DNA of 64,000 nt, from assembly GCA_040954595.2 (NCBI GenBank), contig CM082590.2, positions 9,512,088-9,576,087 on the forward strand, in the 5' to 3' direction. Positions within the stretch are counted from its first letter, which is position 1, and every line of letters starts with the position of its first letter. This DNA is from Balanoglossus misakiensis (lineage: Eukaryota; Animalia; Hemichordata). Positions 57,856 through 64,000 of the stretch are shown piece after piece. A program made the translations under genes and the position numbers. Under the pieces are notes generated by a model. The model was not told the DNA's origin, searched no databases, and saw nothing but the letters and a program-made list of their open reading frames with translations.

Positions 57856-57889
<34 letters not shown>

Positions 57890-57891
57890 CT

Positions 57892-57922
<31 letters not shown>

Positions 57923-57936
57923 ACATCATCATCACT

Positions 57937-57967
<31 letters not shown>

Positions 57968-58080
57968 CTATCATCATCATCATCATCAACATCATCATCA
58001 TCATCATCATCACTATCATCATCATCATCATCACTATCATCATCAACATCATCACTATCATCATCATCATCATCATCACT

Positions 58081-58111
<31 letters not shown>

Positions 58112-58151
58112 ACATCATCATCACTATCATCATCATCATCATCATCATCAA

Positions 58152-58186
<35 letters not shown>

Positions 58187-58212
58187 CCATCACCACCACC
58201 ACCACCACCACC

Positions 58213-58256
<44 letters not shown>

Positions 58257-58424
58257 CAACATCATCGTCATCGTAACCTACCTTCTCTGGTCATTGAGGC
58301 CAAATATTTCGTCCGGAACACACTTCTGAGAAAGTTTCTCCCTCAAAATCCGCTGGACTTCTCCAAAACATTTCTCTTCAGTAACAGTTATTGCTGCTGG
58401 GGCGGTCGATTTTCTTCTACTCAT
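53950..58424 (-). CDS. ORC4: Origin recognition complex subunit 4 (437 aa, 11 exons)
   Basis: Exons (minus) 58424-58282, 57430-57340, 57232-57071, 56874-56826, 56694-56546, 56364-56191, 55982-55896, 55620-55512, 55096-55001, 54410-54343, 54135-53950. [32 protein letters not shown] (Walker A), [78 protein letters not shown]. Confidence 0.96.
54476..54910. repeat. 30-bp minisatellite (~14.5 units) in ORC4 intron 9
   Basis: Unit gaggttcttacatagggaattaaccacagc. Confidence 0.97.
57441..58273. repeat. (CAT)n-based microsatellite, ~830 bp, forming almost all of ORC4 intron 1
   Basis: The intron spans 57431-58281; the repeat fills all but about 20 bp. Confidence 0.97.
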
Positions 58425-58640
58425 TGCCACAGTTACTAGTAACGAACCACGCAATGCAAATGTTGTTAAACATTCACGTTACCTTGGCAACACACTGTCA
58501 CATAAAAAATTACAGCGAGCTCGTATTTAGTAGCAGTTCTGATACCATCGTCGTCATTTTTTACACATACAATTAACTGTAAGTCAAATTATGGACAAAA
58601 ACTATTTTCATACCCATGTGCCAAGAAAATTCTAGCCTCA

Positions 58641-60419
58641 ATGAAGAACAGCCGTGCCAAGAATACAACGTTGTTCGAAACCAATGATTCACTTATAAAC
58701 GTTTTCTTACTAGTTGCAATAATTTTTTTCCATATTTTAATATATAACAGACATTATGGTATGAATATCGCGCGGAATAATCAAGTTTAAGGGTGAACTA
58801 GATGCGAACGAACTTGCGTTCTACAAAGTCCGCGTTCCACAAAATGGCGGCCTCCATGAACCGGCCGCCATTGATCCCAGAGTCCTTTGCGGAAGAGATT
58901 GTTCTATTCAATCTAGGGGTGTCCGGCTATGTTGCTAGCGCCCTCAACACGTTTACATTTTCCTCACTTTTGTTTATTTATTAAAAATGTAAGACTATCG
59001 ACTTCATATTTTAACCCACACCTTCTAATGAAACGGCGAGTGTAAAATGAAACTTTTAAGTTGTAAAAACACTCGGACAACCCGAAAAACACGGTCCAGA
59101 GCCCGCTCAATGAACCGGCCGCCATTGATCCCAGAGTCCTTTGCGGAAGAGATTGTTCTATTCAATCTAGGGGTGTCCGGCTATGTTGCTAGCGCCCTCA
59201 ACACGTTTACATTTTCCTCACTTTTGTTTATTTGTTAAAAATGTACGACTATCGACTTTATATTTTAACCCACACCTTCTAAGGAAATGGCGAGTATAAA
59301 ATAAAACGTTTAAGTTGTGAAAACTCTCGAACAATCCGCAAAACACGGTCCATGGATCGGCCCATCGAACGGCCGCCATTGATCCCAGAGTCCTTTGCGG
59401 AAGAGATTGTTCTATTCAATCTGGGGGTGTCCGGCTATATCAATGGCGGCCGGCTGTATCAATGGCGGCCGGGCCATTGAGCGGGCCCTGGACCGTGTTT
59501 TTCGGGTTGTCCGAGCGTTTTTACAACTTAAAAGTTTTATTTTACACTCGCCATTTCATTAGAAGGGGTGGGTTACAATATAAAGTCGATAGTCGTACAT
59601 TTTTAACAAAAGGGCACTAGAAACATAGCCGGACACCCCCAGATTGAATAGAACAATCTCTTCCGCAAAGGACTCTGGGATCAATGGCGGCCGGTCGATG
59701 GGCCGATCCATGGACCGTGTTTTTTGGATTGTTCGAGAGTTTTCACAACTTAAACGTTTTATTTTATACTCGCCATTTCCTTAGAAGGTGTGGGTTAAAA
59801 TATAAAGTCGATAGTCGTACATTTGTAACAAATAAACAAAAGTGAGGAAAATGTAAACGTGTTGAGGGCGCTAGCACATAGCCGGACACCCCTAGATTGA
59901 ATAGAACAATCTCTTCCGCAAAGGACTCTGGGATCAATGGCGGCCGGTTCATTGAGCGGGCTCTGGACCGTGTTTTTCGGGTTGTCCGAGTGTTTTTACA
60001 ACTTAAAAGTTTCATTTTACACTCGCCATTTCATTAGAAGGTGTGGGTTACAATATAAAGTCGATAGTCGTACATTTTTAATAAATAAACAAAAGTGAGG
60101 AAAATGTAAACGTGTTGGGGGCGCTAGCACATAGCCGGACACCCCTAGATTGAATAGAACAATCTCTTCCGCAAAGGACTCTGGGATCAATGGCGGCCGT
60201 TCATTGAGGCCGCCATTTTGTGGAACGCGGACTTTGTAGAACGCAAGTTCGTTCGCATCTAGTTCACCCTTAAACTTGATTATTCCGCGTGATATTCATA
60301 CCATAATGTCTGTTATATATTAAAATATGGAAACAATTTATTGCAACTAGTAAGAAAACGTTTATAAGTGAATCATTGGTTTCGAACAACGTTGTATTCT
60401 TGGCACTGCTGTTCTTCAT
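58641..60419. mobile_element. 1.78-kb imperfect palindrome / foldback structure with internal ~254-bp tandem subrepeats
   Basis: atgaagaacagccgtgccaagaatac at 58641 mirrors gtattcttggcactgctgttcttcat ending 60419. Subrepeats start near 58858, 59112 and 59367, with inverted copies on the right; the centre is near 59440. Confidence 0.9.
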
Positions 60420-63400
60420 AGCATAGCGTCCCATGCGATACAACTCGAAAAAAACTGTGAATTTTGTATTTGTTTTTACGAATCAGAGCGAGTAAAGAAC
60501 GTTTCCAATTGGCAAAAAGAAATTCTTTTATTAATTTTTTCCACAATTTGAAATAGGGAGCTTACAACCGCTGATATTACACAATTGTGAATGATAATAC
60601 ATGTACTAATTATTGAGCAAACTGTATATCTTGTGGGGGCTTGAGAAACTTCCAAAATTTCATTGAAGGAAAAAACTGAGTTTGAAGTCAAACAAAATTT
60701 CTTCGCGAGCTGTGTATATTATAGACTGTGTTTGAGTCACTTATAATGCAGTATATGTAAGATTGTTGACAACATCTCAAGTCAGAACCAGTTCTAAAAG
60801 GTCGAGGTCAGACAGGGGTGTTTTGGTTGAAGTTTTTATCGTTTCCGTTGATGTTTTTATCAACAAAGTTCTTGGCCCCTTGTTCGTGAATGTGGCCATT
60901 TAGCTGTCAGGCATTATATTCAATGTCTTCAATGAAATCAAATTTGCTAAATGTCATGAAGGTCCAGATTCTTTCACTCACTCACACAGTCCAAAATGAT
61001 ATGCTCAAACAATTTGGCTATAAGCAATACATACTTGACACAACATAACAGAAAAATCCATAGATTGTTTATTTTGATAAATCTTTTAATACTCACATAT
61101 AGGCAATTGAGTTCTACAGGACTACTTTCAGAACAAGGTTAAAACAAAAATAACAAAAAAAACTTTTAAAACCCTTTCACCCCCAGTTCCCTCTTTAGAG
61201 GTCCAACTCTGCTATAAGAAACAATGGGTTTGGACTGAACCATGGTGGTGAAAGGGTTAAAATTACAGCCAGACATCGCATCATCTTTGCTCACCTAAAA
61301 ATTTATATCACAGACAGCAGAATCTTGATTTTAACTGTCTATGGTTAATTCACCCTGATATTGTTTTTGTTTGTTTTTTTTACTGGAAGAATTTGGTTTA
61401 TTTTTCAAATTTTTGAGCAAGCAAGCCATAAAAATCCAGGGCGTCCTGACAATGTAAAATTCACCAATGCATCTGAGCACGCTCGATGGAAAGCATCCCA
61501 TCTGCTTATGCTCACTGAATACCCTGTTGTCAATGACAACCAAATGCCCTGGACCATCAAATATGGCCGACAATTTCTACGTAGCTATAAAACAGGCATA
61601 TCTAACCAATTTTGGAGCAGATTTTACAGCGCAAAGTTTACAAACTTGGCACAGACTTCTTTAGTCTTATCACTCAAGAATTTTCTCTCTGTCAAAAATG
61701 ATGCGATGTCATGGACTTGGACTATGGCTACTACTCCAGGCGATGACCCCTCCACCACCCCTAAAAATGAGTAAAGTGACCCGCATTGTTTTTTATACCC
61801 AGACTTAAAATCTCACTGGACAGGGGTGATGGTGGGGGAACTTGAGGGTCATTTTAGCGTAACCTGGTTTTATTTTTTTTTCTCCTAAGTAATAAAAATA
61901 CTCCTTTTCAAGTCAATTTTTATATATATATAATTTCTGTTGAAGTAGCTTGATGTGAATGTAACATACATTTACTGCTATGGTGATATGGCGTCACACG
62001 CACGCACACACACGCACACGCACGTACACACCTGAGTTTGAACGTTAACACACAGGAACCAACATGGCGGTACATTTTACAAAACCAATGTCATGACAAC
62101 CACCAAAGGCCCCCTTAGCTAATAACCCAGTATCACTAACCGACTCCTTAGCCTGCCGTCTGTGGGTAATTGACATTTTCACTCAGAACACATTCAGTCG
62201 AACACACTGGTTGACGCCACACCCCAACAGCAGTAATTAATAGCGTAATTAATCTTACATTACAAAAAAAATCCCCAGAGTTTAAGACTCAAGACTCTGG
62301 TCTTTGTGAGTGCTGTCAATCTACAATGCCATTAACCCTTCCACCCCACCCCATCCACCCCCATCTCCCTGCAAATAGACTCATCCGTACCATTGAAAAC
62401 AACAGGACTGACCTAAATCAAGTAGGGTGGGAGGGCTAACCGAATAAAGTAATCGAGTATGGTCAACTCACTGGCAAATAACAACATTGACCATTTCACA
62501 ATACTGGCATCTGCGAGGTGCTCACACAGTACGCACATTTCTCAGTGCAAGTGCTTTTTATAATGTATATACATGAATACTTAATTTTTTTCCCACTAAA
62601 AGACCGTCTGCTTTTAAAAAAATAACCTAATTCAAAGAATAACAATTCTACTTTGTAATAACGTATCCGAACATGCTTTCTTTAAGCAATGCTGCTTGCT
62701 ACTATAACTAACTCCCCCATATTATATAAATTACATCTAATCATAAATATTTTTCATCCTCCTGAGGATACCTCTATTACGTTCAGTAACCTAGAAAGAC
62801 CAAACTGGTTCCCCTAGGCATATGACAAAAAAATTAATTGACAACCAATCAGGGGAAAGAATGCACAACAAATTAAAATCTGATCTTTTCATGCAAAATA
62901 AAGCAAAACAAAATACTGGCTGTTTGTTTTCTAATTTCAAAATGAACACCTCACCAAGAGAGTTTATAGACAAACAAAAATAAAATAAACACAACTGTGA
63001 TGTAAAAGAAACAATAGCAGGAAAAGTAAGAAAATTGAATTAAAAAGCACCAAAATGTTACTATACTTGGCAACTTGTAAAACATTTTGTAAAATTTACG
63101 ACACCCTCAAAAAAAGTTCACAATTCTAGTTTCTTTGTGTCTTACTGTTCAGCTACTTTTGCAGCCTGATCTAAGCGGTCTTTATTAAATAAATTTTGTA
63201 GTACTCCTTAGGTATGTGGTAGTAATTTACAGTGCTCCCTAGAGTAAGTTAGATTAACACTGAGATAAATAGTTTCCATGACAATCAAAGGTCAATAAAA
63301 TCAAAATCACAAGATATTTTTCCAACTTGTGTCGTCATGGCAACTTTCAATTTATTTAGACATGGTACTATGAACTTTGACATACCATGAAATTTGGAGT

Positions 63401-64000
63401 TACTACAAACTTTCAACAAAACAGACACTCCAATGACTCCCTAGGTTCATTTGAATTTTAAAGGTGTGCATTTTAAAAAAGCAAGGCAGTTGATGTAAAG
63501 AGCACAGAAAAATATTTTTTTTTGCTAAACTACTTATTTTGATACCAGCTGCAGTTTGTGTCATATTTCAAAAGGTAAAAGTTCAAGAAAAATTAAAAAA
63601 AGTTTATTAGTTTCTATTTTACATGGATTATTGTAAGTACACTACAGTTCTTGAGGTATGTGATTCTAAGAAAATACACCCCGCCACCCCTATAATTCCT
63701 GATATTGGTTTTACCATTACATGTCAATAAATGGACTACTCTATGCATGCAGGTTAATCAGGGGTGTTCAGTCTAAACATGAGGTCACTGTTACAATCAT
63801 TGCTCGCAACCCTACTTAAAACCTGTTTACAATTCACTAGCCACTCATAATATATACAAGTATATACATGGTGTGAACACACTGATCCTGAGGGAGGAAG
63901 GACATCACTTATAACAGCCTTGTTGTCACATGATCGAGTCAAAACTTCGCCCTGTCTATTTGCGGTACTATTCTTGCTGATCACGCATGTTAACAGCTGA

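Noticed and set aside
57427-58329. 300-aa poly-His/poly-Ile ORF
   Set aside because: (CAT)n microsatellite antisense in ORC4 intron 1.
58802-60015. Repeated short ORFs (MNRPPLIPESFAEE...)
   Set aside because: By-products of the 254-bp subrepeat; no recognisable domain or splice structure.
60800-64000. Possible long 3'UTR of a minus-strand gene beyond the window; ORF 61361-61774
   Set aside because: AT-rich with no supportable exon; the ORF has no recognisable features.

Overview
Intron-containing, AT-rich genomic DNA from an animal, probably a marine invertebrate (inference from gene families and repeat types). Manual splice-site reading gives eight genes: two tandem paralogous class-B/adhesion-like 7TM receptors with a somatomedin-B-like ectodomain (0.6-9.2 kb); a 101-aa Thr/Gly-rich, probably GPI-anchored microprotein missed by the ORF track (14.7-17.1 kb); two tandem minus-strand secreted prepro-proteins, each with four exon-encoded 6-Cys 'DGxCDDGG...G[ST]DCxDCGxR' modules (21.8-28.7 kb); a divergent Rab8/10/13/15-group GTPase; DCST1; and ORC4. 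Between the convergent 3' ends of DCST1 and ORC4 lies a ~13-kb block of 88-bp satellite in opposed orientations around a palindromic core. A 1.8-kb imperfect palindrome with Helitron-like CTAG ends sits just upstream of ORC4. Several MITE families and long trinucleotide microsatellites are also present. The most novel-looking systems are the CDDGG-repeat secreted protein pair, the hidden GPI microprotein and the two foldback structures. All family assignments come from recalled motifs; no database searches were run.
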